A stretch of DNA of 63,369 nt, the filler included, from Reclinomonas americana ATCC 50394 (Eukaryota), in NCBI GenBank assembly GCA_048213135.1. It is 14 parts of 14 records of this genome, joined end to end, with 100 filler letters (N's around TTAATTAATTAA, not from the genome) between each part and the next. Parts side by side here need not be neighbours in the genome. Positions count along the whole stretch, not along the records: positions 44,688 to 59,418 come from AFZH01019462.1; positions 59,519 to 61,734 come from AFZH01019463.1; positions 61,835 to 63,369 come from AFZH01019465.1; 11 more parts are not named here. One strand, written 5' to 3'. The position numbers were made by a program, and so were the translations under genes. This document shows, piece by piece, positions 51,901 through 63,369 of the stretch. The notes beneath the pieces are model-generated. The model did no database searches and had not been told where the DNA came from. It was given only the letters and a program-made list of their open reading frames with translations. Each line of letters begins with the position of its first letter. Positions within the stretch are counted from its first letter, which is position 1.

Positions 51901-54720
51901 TCGAGCACGAGCTGTTTGTGCAGAACGCCTACCGCAACGTCGACTTTATGACCAAGCTGCTGCGATGTACGGCCATTGTGGTGCAATATGTTGCGTCGTG
52001 GAGGCACGACAATGGGAAGAGACCAGTGCATAATGCGCATCCCCTCCCGCTCCTCGCCGTTGCTTTCTCTTCGCCCCTGTTTGCTTCTTCTGTGTAGCTT
52101 CCTCTTTCCGTCTTCTTCCTTCTCCCCTTCGTTTACCCTTTTAGTGCATCCCCTTCTCTCCCTTTCTCGTCTTCCCTTGCGGCGCGCCCCGCACGTCGAC
52201 ATCTCATCCTTGCGCGTGCACGCTCGACGACAGTACCATTTTGTCGTCCCTCCTTTCCCCCACACTTCCCCTTCTCTTCCCTTCTTTTCCCCCTTCTTTT
52301 CCCCCTTCTTTTCCCGTGTTTTCCCCTTCTCTCCCCTTCCCCTCCCCTTCCCCTTCCCCTTCCCCTTCCCCTTCCCCTTCCCCTTCCCCTTCCCCCTTCT
52401 CTCCCCTTCTCTTCTCTCATCCCTCTCACATGCAGGCTCCACCACGCTGCCGCCGACCGGCCAGCATGAGCGGACTGCTGGAGATACTGATCGTGCTCAT
52501 GAGCTCGCCGCACTGCGCACGTCGCTTGTTTTTGGTCATTGGTATGTTTTGCAAGGTTGCTGCGGAAGACGACGGAAACCATGCGTGGGTGAGTGGCGTG
52601 CGGTTGTTCTGCGTTCATGAACGAGGCTTGATCTGCCCTCTTGTGCGCGCAGATGTGCACGGCGCAGAGCGTACGCAGTCTCCTCCGCGTGCTCGACAAG
52701 ACCGTCTCCGAGATGGAAAGCGGTGACTGTGCCCGCGAGGATTACCTTGTCGCATTCTGCATTCTCAAGGTTTCGTCATCCAGTGGCCTTTTCGTCATTT
52801 GATATTGCCACTGATATGTTCTTCTGAACAGGCTCTTCTGCGCATGGCCGAGTCACGCCACCTGCAACCAATCCTCCGAGACGTGGTGCCAGTGGAGGAT
52901 TATCACGATGTGTCGTTTCCGCGCCTGTTGTCACGCGCCCTACAAGTGCCCTCCGAGGTGCGTGAGAGCGCACTCCCTTAGTTGTGGCTATTGCTGACGT
53001 CCTTCTCCCCCCAATCACAGCCCGTCTTCAAGGTCCTCGGCATTCGCCTGTGCAAGAGCACATCGGTGGTTTACGGATCCGACGACAGCTTCGGTCGTGT
53101 CGGCGTGACGGCTGCACTGACCAAGGTATGCCTCTCGCAATACATCTGCACTCGACGCTGCCACTGACTGCTTTACATTGTCACGCCCAGATGCTCGGCT
53201 GCGGCGATGGCGACTTGCTGCAGGAGGCCACTGTGACACTGGTGCACCTCTTGTCGATCAACGTGGAGGTACGGTGCTTTACCCTCTCATCTCCCGTGCA
53301 CACCACTGTTTCTCACCCTCCACTCTTGCAGCTCGACGACCGCATGGATGGAGCTGTGGACTTGCTGCTGAAGAACATATTACAGGGCAACGAAGCGAAC
53401 CTGTTCAGCCGATCCGTGGTGGCCTTGGCGTCCATGACAACTGCCAGGTGAGTCTCTCTTGCCAGCATCAATTCACTTGCCAAGATCTCATTCTCTCTTG
53501 TGGCATGCAGCCAACGACTGCATCAGCGCTTGTCGCTGCTACTCGAGGGCACCAGCAGCGACCCACTGGAAGTGTTTGCCAGTGAAATGACGCACCTCAA
53601 CCTGCGCAAGGTGCACTCGTGGAAAATGGAGTTCAAGAACTCTCCGTTGCGTCTCGCTCCGCCTCTCAGCACTGAATCATCTTTTTGCGTGCCTTGCACT
53701 CACCGCTCTCTGCTTATGCAGTGCATGTCGACGACTGCTGGCCAAGTCGGACTCGGAGCTTCGCGCACTCGGCCTGTCGTGGCACGATCAGCAACCACAA
53801 TCGCTGTCGCTGTCGGCCGCTTCGTGGTCCAATCAAGACGCGGCGCCGTACATGAATGGCGCTGGCAGTCGTCGATTGAGTGTTGGATCGTACGCGGCGA
53901 GGAGTAGTCAGCGACCTTCAGTTGCGGAGACACAAGAGAGAATTCTGCGTCGTCGCTTCTCTTCCCAACTCTTCTCTTCTTTTTCTTCTGGAATTCCCTT
54001 CTCTTTACTTTCCTGCTGTCGTCGTCTTCTCTCTTCTCCTCTTGTCCTCACTTGTCTTCCCCTCTTTCTCCGATCCCCTTCACTTCTCGAGAAGAAAGGA
54101 CAAGAAAAAGAGAGGAAAGGAGAAGAGAATAGACAAAGAATGGCAAAGAGAAAGAAGAGACGAGGAGAGGAAAGGAGAGGAGAGAAGAAAAGCAAAAGGG
54201 GATCTCTTCCCTTCACTTCCTTCAGGTCTCTTCTCATCCCCTCCATTCTTTCCTCTTCTCCTCCCTTCTCTCGCTGCCTCTCCTCTCTCCTGTACCCTTT
54301 CTTCTCTTTCCCTTCTCCTCCCTTCCCCCTTTTGCCACTCACCCACCCCACAGCGCCAGTCCAGCGCCTCGAAAGCGCGACCCTCACGTCGACGCGCCAG
54401 CATCTCCGACCGCGTGGCCGAACGCATGCAGGCGCTCCACGAACAGCGCACGAGCAGAGACGGCAGTGCAGCGGTGCAGCCCGTCGACGACGACATTGAT
54501 CGAACGTCGTTGACGGATGTGAGTCGCCCATCAGTGCGCAGAACATCGGTGATGCTCAACTTTGACGCGGGTTCCGCCGCCGCACTATCCCCAGTGGAGG
54601 TTTGTGTGTGCGCACCTTACCTATGGCACTCCAATCGCAGCGATTTGACCCCTGTTGCGTGTGTGCTTGCAGAGTGCACGAAGTCCCGATTCACACACTG
54701 CTCTGCTCGATGTCGAATGA
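45908..54720 (+). CDS. Divergent myosin-motor-like domain + low-complexity linker + ARM-like helical region (many introns)
   Basis: VFILGESGSGKS P-loop; LLEK|NRLV...FFVFHCL; AALRRDVLCKTLYQGVVDYL; VSLVDMP; converter-like AYSVSATQ. Downstream exons appear to join in frame to a TGA at 54718-54720; a few junctions are tentative. Confidence 0.7.
50490..50742. repeat. Degenerate ~14-nt intronic minisatellite (AACCCTCGTTCCTC)
   Basis: Directly visible; lies inside a myosin-like gene intron. Confidence 0.85.
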
Positions 54721-54806
54721 AACAACAGTAATAATCACAAGCACGTGCGAATACCACCACCACCTGCATTGAACGAGCACAAAAAATAACCCCACAAGGA
54801 GTCCTC

Positions 54807-56455
54807 TCAACGCGCGGGGCTGCGTGGGAACGGCGAACTTGGTCCACCGCCGACAGCCGGTGACAGGAAGGGTGGTAGTGGTGAGTTTTCCAACGAAAAC
54901 AGCTCCGAAAATGGCAGGAAACCGGGCGGTGGTGCGAATCTGGGGAACAGGATAAGCAGAGAGCAGCAGCGAACGTAAGATGTCATTGAGAGGACAAGCG
55001 CACCGGAAAGGTTGTTCGCCGAAATTGACCGCCGCCTGCTGGCCAGAGCCAAAGGTGATGCACGGTGCGTACGACGAGCGTCCAAAGTCAGCGGCCACGA
55101 AGGCTGCGGTTGGGTCGCCGCGATCGTACTCGAGTTGCGTGCCGTTGACGTAGTAGTAGACCTGGCGACAGGGGAAGGGTGCATGAGGGGAAGGGAGGAC
55201 ATGGGGAAGGGGTAGGAAAAGGAGAAGAGAGACAGAATGCAGAAAGAGAAAATGAAATGAGTGGAGATGAATGCATGCGACACAAGACAGTAGCCAATTG
55301 ATCGCAACTGGCAAGGAGAAAAAGGGACATAAGGAACGATGGGTTGAGAATGCGCACAGGTGGATTGGGAGAAAGAAGAAAGAACTGAGAGGATGAGAAG
55401 ACGCATGGTGCGCGAAGGAAAGAAGAGAGGAGGGCTGGGCAACACGGGGAACAGATAGACAGCAAGTTGATTTTGACTGATGAACGGGAAGCAATCGATG
55501 TCAGAGAGACGGGAAGAGGGCATGGCAGAGTAACAGGGGCAGGAAGAAAGATGAGAGGCGGGAAAAGCAAGAGAGACAGCAGAGAAGCGGTGACAAACAA
55601 GCAGTGGAGAAGAAAACAAAGGGTCGAGATTGGACATACGAGGCGTATACGTACCGCCATATTGAGAGCGTCGACAGCCATGCCAATCGTGTCGCCAGCC
55701 TTGCCCTTGTGCCGGCCAATATACCGTCGGACACCACCCCGCAGAGTTCGACCGTGGAAGACATCCTGTGCGCCAAGGAATGGTGATGAGTGTGTGTGCG
55801 TTGCACAAAGTAGGAGAGAGAAATGCATACCAGAGCCACTGTGTCCGGCACGTTGCCAACCTCCAGTTCCTGCACACATAGTAGATGAGTATCACGCCAC
55901 CGCAAGAGATCATACAGACACACGCAGGAGACCTTGCTGATAATGTCGACCGAGCCAGCAACCAGACCGCACAGCAGCAGCACCTTGTTGTGCGCCGTCA
56001 CCTCCAGATAGTAGCGCAACGGCCGTGCGGCGCGGATGGCGACCTGCGTGGAGGTGAGATGTCGATCGTGCAGGGGGATGGTGCGGCAGGAGAAAACAGA
56101 CCTTGAGTTGTAGAGACTGCGGGAACAGCGAATCGGAGCGGAAGATCCACTCGGGAGTCAGCACGCGCAGCAGGGATGACTTGGTGATACGGCGCTCTGC
56201 CTCGTGGCCGAAGGAAGGAGGTCCTGTATTAGGGGGAAGGGAGGAGTGAGACAAGAAAGAGAGGGAAGAATGAGAGTGAGAGAATGCGAGTGAGAAAGGA
56301 GAGCATGATGGCACATCAGAGTTGTCACTGAAAGAGTTAGAGAGAGAGAGAGAGAGAGGGAGGGGAGAGAGAGAGGAGGAGAGAGGAGGGAGGGGGAGGA
56401 GGAGAGGAGAGAGAGAGACGACACACGACGAACGACGACGACGACGACGAGAGAG

Positions 56456-56529
<74 letters not shown>

Positions 56530-59500
56530 ACGGTAAACACTCTGTAATCTTGTGTGCTGTCACCAACGCAGATTGCTGCAGTGCTCGTGCGTGAGAGAGA
56601 CGAAGAAGAGAGAGAGAACATTGAAGAACACTCTGTCAACAGCACACGTGCTTGGAGTGCTGACATTTGGTTGGGAAGAAATGCGAGAGAGAGAGAGACG
56701 AAAGTGTGTGTGTGTGAGAGAGAGAGAGAGAGATCGACAGCACGGTGAACACTCTGTTCTCTTTTCCGCTGCCAACAACACAATCGCTTGGAGTGCTGAC
56801 ATTCGGTTGGCAAGAAAGGCGAGAGAGAGTGAGAAAGAGTGAGAAAGAGCATTGAATACTCTGCAATGCAGTTTGTCAAAGTGTTGAAACTGGTCGATGC
56901 AAAGAGACAGAACAGACTGAGCCACTCTACTCTCGTCCAACAAGGCACTCACCATTCACGGCGCGCTCCAACCACACACGCGAAAACAGTTCACCAACCG
57001 GGTCCGCCGCGACGTTGCCCTCCTCCGTGGACGGACACTCGCACATGACCTGGGTGCGCACCTCGTCGGCCATCGGGCCGCCAGAAGAGCAGTACGCTGT
57101 GGATACAATTATAAGCTCAGCACAACTTGAGAACGTCAATCTCCACACACGCAACAAGTGATCAAGTAGCCGAGCACGTCGGCCGCGCGCTTCCTGCAGA
57201 GCGAATACAGATCTTCGGCAAGCACCTCCAGCATCATTGGGACGAGGTTTTCGGCGGTGCGCAGGACGGCAGCAGTGTCCTCGGCTGCGAGCACGATCTG
57301 CGATGAGAACACAGAGAGGGAAGACAGCAGCAGACTCTTCGTACCGCATGCGAGCTCCGACAGCACCCACAAGCCGCCAGCGCGAATGTCCTCGTCTGCA
57401 TGAGCGACCAGCGAGCGGAGGCACTTGTTCCACGCGGCGCGCAGTCCTGTTTCGTGCGTCAGAATCACGCCAGTGATGAGACACACAAGCAATGTCACAA
57501 ACCTCGGCGGGACATGATCACACGACTGAGAATGACCACGGCACTCGCTCGGGTGGTGACACGAGTGGAGAGGCGCGCCGAAGTGACAATCGCAGGGACG
57601 CCGCCACCATTCACCACCGCCCGTCGGTAATCGCGACCTGCCGCACAGAAGTGTGAGACCATCGGTGCTCGTATCACCAAAACACACAAGAGTACGCAAC
57701 CGAGTCCAGCCAGCTCCACCAGCATGTCACAGGCGAAGAAGGGCGGCACATCGGCCCACGCCAAGCACGCCGGCAAGCCCTCCGACTCAATGACAACAGA
57801 GGCCAGTTTCGCTAAACACATGAAGGATAATGGATGAGCAGAGGCAGGGAAAGGTGATGAGAGAGCGGACCACACGCACGATCTTGGCAGAGGTAGCCGA
57901 GAGCACGCATCAAGTAGTACGCAGTGTCGCCATCGGGAGAGTCCTCCTGGCGAATCTCACGAAGAGTGTTTGCCTGCAGCAGAAGCGCGATGAGGAAACA
58001 GAGTTTGTGCAAGAGCAACAAAGCAGGGGACAGCACCATGATGCGAATTCCGCGCGACTCGTGAACCATGCCGCGAGAGGACGCTGCAATGCGTGTCAGT
58101 CTCCCACCAAGGAAAAGCAACTGTGTTCAAGCACGCAACGATCCATGCAGATATTCATCAGAGCCTGCGCCGACTGCCGCCGTGAGCCGGAATCACGGAG
58201 CGAAGCAAACAGTGACTGAATGCCGGGTGACACTGTTGCACAAGAGATGAGAGCTGAGAAAGCACACAAAGTAAGAGATAATATCCGCAACTCAAAATAT
58301 CCTCGACCACAGCGTGCGTGTGCGACATTTCTCTGTCGCTGACGAGCATGGCCAGGTGGCGCGACATGGGACGGAAATCGCCACTCATCATGCGACTAAT
58401 GGCGGCAGCTGGAATGCTTTCGCGGGGTGCCTGGAACGCGTTGCGCGCGCGCAGGGTGTCGTTGACCTCGACCATGGGGGATTCGTCGACCATGCCGCCG
58501 TTCTGCGACAGGGGGATAGGGGGGGAAGGAGAGGGGAGTGTAAAGGGTCAGAAAAAACGACATCGGGGCAATGGAAAGGGAGTTAAGATTGACATTCAAC
58601 GGGTGGTGAAGAGTGAATACAGCACTTGGAGAAAGTGATTTGGCGAGAAAGCAGCGGCTGCGAAGACGACATGGAGCGGGGCAGGAAATAAAAAGCAATA
58701 AGAGACAGCGCTGCTCTCTCAGTGTCCGCCTTGACACCCAAGACGCCCCGATTCAAGAACGCACGGAAGGAGTGAGAGATGACAAGAGAAAGGCAACAAT
58801 GAAGACAAGACAAGGGCGCCGCTGCTCCATCGCAGCAACTTCCGCTTGCGAGTGTGGAGGAAGGAGCGAGACGAGAGGAAGAACAGCAACCACGAGACAG
58901 GACAAAGGGCACAGAGCATGATTTGTAGAGATGCTCTATCGTGACCATCGCAGACTGCACAGTGCGGAGAAAGGAATGAAGCGAGAAGGAAAACAGCAAT
59001 CACGAAGCACGATAAAGGGAGTTGTAAAGGAAAGAGGGATGGAATTCAAAGGCAGCGCAGAGTTTGTGACCATCACCGCTTGCAAAGTGCAGAGATAGGA
59101 GTGAGAGGAGTAAACCCAGAAGACAATGTGACTGCGAAGACGATCACAACAAGAAAAGAGACAAATGCACAATCCATGTTTTCCTTTTCCACCACAACGC
59201 AATTCGATCCAAATACTCCTCCCCCTTCTCCTCCCCCTTCTCCTCTCCCTTCTCCTCTCCCTTCTCCTCCCTTCTCCTCCCCCTTCTCCTCTCCCTTCTC
59301 CTCTCCCTTCTCCTCTCCCTTCTCCTCTCCCTTCTCCTCTCCCTTCTCCTCTCCCTTCTCCACCCTTTCCCTTCCCCACACCTTGATCCAACTGTGCGAC
59401 AGCGCCTGCTCGGCCGTGNNNNNNNNNNNNNNNNNNNNNNNNNNNNNNNNNNNNNNNNNNNNTTAATTAATTAANNNNNNNNNNNNNNNNNNNNNNNNNN

Positions 59501-61734
59501 NNNNNNNNNNNNNNNNNNGGGAGAACAAAGGATACGTAACGGGAGCCATGTACTGCAACGTGCCGGCACGCTCGCCTGGCGCCTCGTCCGATGACACTGC
59601 GGAATCAAAGAAAGGCAATGTCACCGACCATCTCTTTCAACTCTCTTGACGATCAAGCACCACGCAACGAAGTGCCGCCCAGCCAAAATCGGTCAACTGT
59701 GCGTGCCGTGGCGCGTGAGACGTCATGTGAGCAAATCGAGAGAGAAAGGCATACCTTCACGACGGCAGTATCCAGCACACCCGGGTTGCGTGCCATGCGT
59801 GCCAGCTCTGCCTGACTGGCTTTCGATGTCAACAGAATGTTTTCTGGCTTCAGATCGCGATGCAAGATGCCTCGCGCGTGGCAATGCGCCAGCCCGGACA
59901 AGATGTGGCGCGCAAAGCGAGCGGCAGTGCGTTCGTTGGGTCGCTGACGCAGAATGCGGCCCAGCATATCGCCGCCGCCGACACTGCGGGTGATGGAGGA
60001 GGGGGAGAGGGTGAGGGATTGTTGGGGCGAAGGGGTTGGTAAAGGGCTGCGCGCAACTATTCCATGACAAAGCACACGCAGGTGGGCGTGCGGAAAAAGT
60101 CGTAGAGCTCCACCAGGTTGCGATGCCGTGTCTGTGAAGAAGGGAGGGTGAGGGGAAGGGAGAGGGAGGATGAGGAAAGAAGGAGGAGTTGAGGAGAAGG
60201 AGGAGGAAAAGGGGGAAAGGGGGAGAGGGAGGGAGAGGGCGGAAGAGGAGGAGGAGGAGGAGCAGGGGAGAAGACGGAAAAGGCGGAAAATGAGGGGGAA
60301 GAAAGCACAGGAAGAGGATGAGCAAGAGGAGGCAGGAGAGGAGGAGAAAGGAGGAATGGAGTGGACGGACGAGGAGGAGGAAGAGGAGAAGGGATGTACA
60401 GAGAGAAAGAGTAGGTTGGGGACGAAGGAGAAATGAGTCAGAGAATGAACGACGAGGAGACTGAGGAGAACGGTGGCGGAAAATGGACGCGGAGTGTGAT
60501 AAAATGAAGAAGGTGCAGGAGGAAAGAAAAAACGGAGCTGACAGAGGAAGAGCAGCAGAGAGGCGAAGAATGAGAGAGTGTGAGAGAGAGAGAGAGCATC
60601 CCCACTTGGAGCAGGAGAGCTCCCATTGCACGCACCTGCTTCATGGCCTCGACCTCTCGCTGCACCTGCTTATCATTCAATTTCTCTATCGGCACCTTCT
60701 TGATCACCACAAACTCGGGTTCGCTCGAGCTGCCGCTACCCCCAGCCGCCGCCACCGCCGACGCCGCCGCTGCTGCGGCCGCCTGTACCGGGCTCATCAC
60801 CGCGCTCAGGTCGCCGCTGCTGCCAGTGTCTGTGTGCATGGTGTCCCGGTGGCGCACGGGTGTCGAGGATCGGCCGTGGGCGAGTGCGGCGGCGGAGGGT
60901 CGGCGACGGACTTTCCATGCTTCGCCGTAGAAGCCACTGTAAAGAGGGAAAGGGGAGAGGTGAGGGATGGGAGGAGGACAAGGGAAGAAGAAGTGGGAAG
61001 TGAATGGAGATGGAAGGATTGCAAAGGGGGGCGGACAGGGCGAATAAGTGTGAAGATGAGTAGGGAAAGAAGGTGAGGAGAGCAGTAAAACGACGGGAGG
61101 AGAGGGTGAAAGACGATGTGGGAAGGGGAGCGAAAGGCGGAGAGTGAAGAGAGAGAAGGGCGAAGTGAGCAGAGGAGGAAAGGAGAGGGCAAGGAAGAGA
61201 GGATCGCACGACAACGCGAGAGAGTGCAAAGAGGAGAGAGAGAGATGTGTGAAGTTATGCAGAGGAAGAGAGACACTGTCTGAGCATGAGTCTGACAAAA
61301 TGCAATGCAAGATCTGTGTGTGAGAGAGGGAAAGAGAGCATGTGCGTGATTGTGTGTGTTTGAGAGTGTGTGTGTGTGTGGGTGTGAGTGTGTGTGAGAG
61401 AGAGTGTGTGTGTGAGAGAGAGTGTGTGTATGAGAGGTGTGAGTGTGAGAGAGTGTGAGTTTGAGTGAGTTTGTGTGAGAGTGTGTGTGTGTGTGTGTGT
61501 GTGTGCGTGTGTGTGCGTGTGTTCTGTCACTCATACGCATCACTGAAACACATGCATGCATTCGCACACACCCTCTCTCCCTCACTCTCTCTCACTCCCT
61601 CCACTCACCGCCCCAACAAATCAATAAACTCATAATCCTCCAGTCGATCCTCCTCCTCCTCCTCCTCCTCATCCTCCTCCACTACCTCCACCTCCTCAAA
61701 CACAACTCCTCCTCCTCCTCCAGTTCCACCAGCA
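54807..61734 (-). CDS. CAMK-like Ser/Thr kinase apparently fused to ARM repeats and a C-terminal SPRY domain
   Basis: Kinase: [46 protein letters not shown], and after the gap [13 protein letters not shown] phase-0 intron leads to ARM-like exons ([22 protein letters not shown]) and then SPRY ([28 protein letters not shown]...VNFGEQPF...PPPGF). Confidence 0.75.
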
Positions 61735-62002
61735 NNNNNNNNNNNNNNNNNNNNNNNNNNNNNNNNNNNNNNNNNNNNTTAATTAATTAANNNNNNNNNN
61801 NNNNNNNNNNNNNNNNNNNNNNNNNNNNNNNNNNGAAAGGGAGACAATGATTGAGAGAGACCTTGACTGAGTTCCAATTGCCTGTGAGATGGAGATACAG
61901 CACGCGATCGATAGACTGAGTGAGGTGTGAGCAACCAGTGCTTCTGCTGTGTTTCTCCCTTCCCTCTCCACTTCTTTCCATTTACACAACGCGATTTTAC
62001 AG

Positions 62003-63316
62003 AGGCAGCGGCGGTGAAACATGGAAAGCACGTCGTCGCAGCGTTCTTCCGGAGCCTCCTCCTGCCCGCATGGAGACTGATGACGGAGGTAGTGGCAGTG
62101 GAAGTCCCCCTGCTGGTGACGACGAGGTCTCCGCTGCCACGGATGACTCGATCAGCAGCAGTGGGTGCAGCAGTGGTGCGGGGACGCCGCGGGCGGATCG
62201 GCGACCGGTGCCGTCGACGGAGTATGTGGTGATCAAGGTGGTGCAGCGGTCGCGCATGTCGTCGCATCAGCCGTTTCGGGAGCTGGAGGCGCTGCAGCAG
62301 GTGCGAGGAGAAGAAGGGAGATGTAAGGCAATTAATGAGATATGCGCCTCTTCCTGCTTCTCACCGCGAAAAGTGTGAGGAAGAGAGAGCGGAGAGAGGA
62401 GACAGAGCAGCGAGAGAAGAGAGCGTAACGAGAGGGGTGAGTATAGTGAGCGTAGTGAGCGTAGTGAGAGGTGAGAGCAGAACGAGAGGAGGGAGCAGTG
62501 AGAGAGGAGGGAGCACAGGAAGAGGAGAGAGCACAGCAATCCTCCTTTGACCTGTCCCCTTCCCCTTTTCCTTCCCTGCTCCTTCTCCTCCCCTTTCCCC
62601 TCCTGCCCCACAGACCCGCCACCGCAACGTCAACCGCCTGGTGGAATTCATCGAAACACCCACACACGTGTGCTTTGTGCTCGAGTAGTTACGCCTCGCC
62701 GACAACTCTCTCCCCCGTTTTCCTGTCTGCCTTGTCACTCACCACACCCCGCAGTCTCGCTGGCGGCGACCTTGTCGGTCGCATCGCCCGCGGTACCCTG
62801 ACAGAGCCCGCGGCGGCACGATTCGCACGGCATATCTTGCAGGGCCTCTCGCACTGCCATGCGCGTGGAATGTTGCGTCCGGTTGACATTCTGCACCGTT
62901 TATCTTTTCTCTCACACTCGCTCTTTTCCACGAGCAGTCTGCACCGTGACCTGAAGGTGAGATGCGTGGCCGGTCTTGCTCACCTTGCGTGTGTCTCACC
63001 CTCTTTGACGCAGCCAGACAATGTCTTGCTGACCGAGGCACCGTGCGATGAGCTGCTGGAGCAAATGAAGCACGATCCGAGTGTGGTGGATCCAGCCACG
63101 GCACAGGTATGGCGACCACTCCCCTGCTGTAACGATCGCGGCACTTACTTTATGCCCTCAGCTGGCCGACTTTGGCTTTGCCTTTCTCAGTGCGTTATTG
63201 TTGCTTCTGTCGCTCAACCCCTCTTCCTTCTATTGACTCCCTTTGTACTTTGTACAGTCTCTCCGCTCTCCGAGTCGGATGCGCGCCTGGTGGGGACCAT
63301 CCACTTTCTTGCGCCG
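62003..63316 (+). CDS. Paralogous CAMK-like Ser/Thr kinase (partial at both ends)
   Basis: GSGGETWK, VVIKVV, RELEAL, RHRNV, AGGDL, HRDLK|PDNVLL, LADFG and GTIHFLAP; collinear with the minus-strand kinase. Confidence 0.88.
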
Positions 63317-63369
63317 GTGCGTGATGTTCGAGAGAGAGAAGGGAACGAGACAGAGGCTCATGAGCGCAA

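Noticed and set aside
47272..54720. Myosin-chitin synthase fusion
   Set aside because: No cytochrome-b5-like domain, TM cluster or QRRRW motif is present downstream of the motor-like domain.

Overview
This is eukaryotic DNA: a gene-dense, intron-rich protist-like genome in the standard genetic code. It is given as 14 contigs joined by 100-nt N/TTAATTAATTAA/N linkers. Several genes run across the linkers in order, so it behaves as one scaffold. Reconstructing exons by hand gives about 22 genes. Well-recognised ones are Ku80, a calmodulin-like protein, an Ariadne RBR E3 ligase, an NCS/CBL-like EF-hand protein, a PH protein, a double-chromodomain protein, MFSD5, an FkbM methyltransferase, eL41, MPP6, a GH99 endomannosidase and a MORN protein. 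Less usual ones are a PDCD4/Stf2-motif microprotein, a lipase-like+TPR protein, a stand-alone calpain-III domain protein, a divergent myosin-motor+ARM protein, and a kinase-ARM-SPRY fusion with a kinase paralog. The most striking signal is in the splicing code: about 30 reading-frame-supported introns begin with the atypical donor GTTGCG(T). This lacks the near-universal +5 G and looks like GTGCGT shifted by one nucleotide. Also notable are a 5-copy intergenic repeat array with a dispersed homolog, and long introns inflated by local minisatellites and GA/TC blocks. All gene models are manual, with no database searches run, and boundaries near gaps are approximate.
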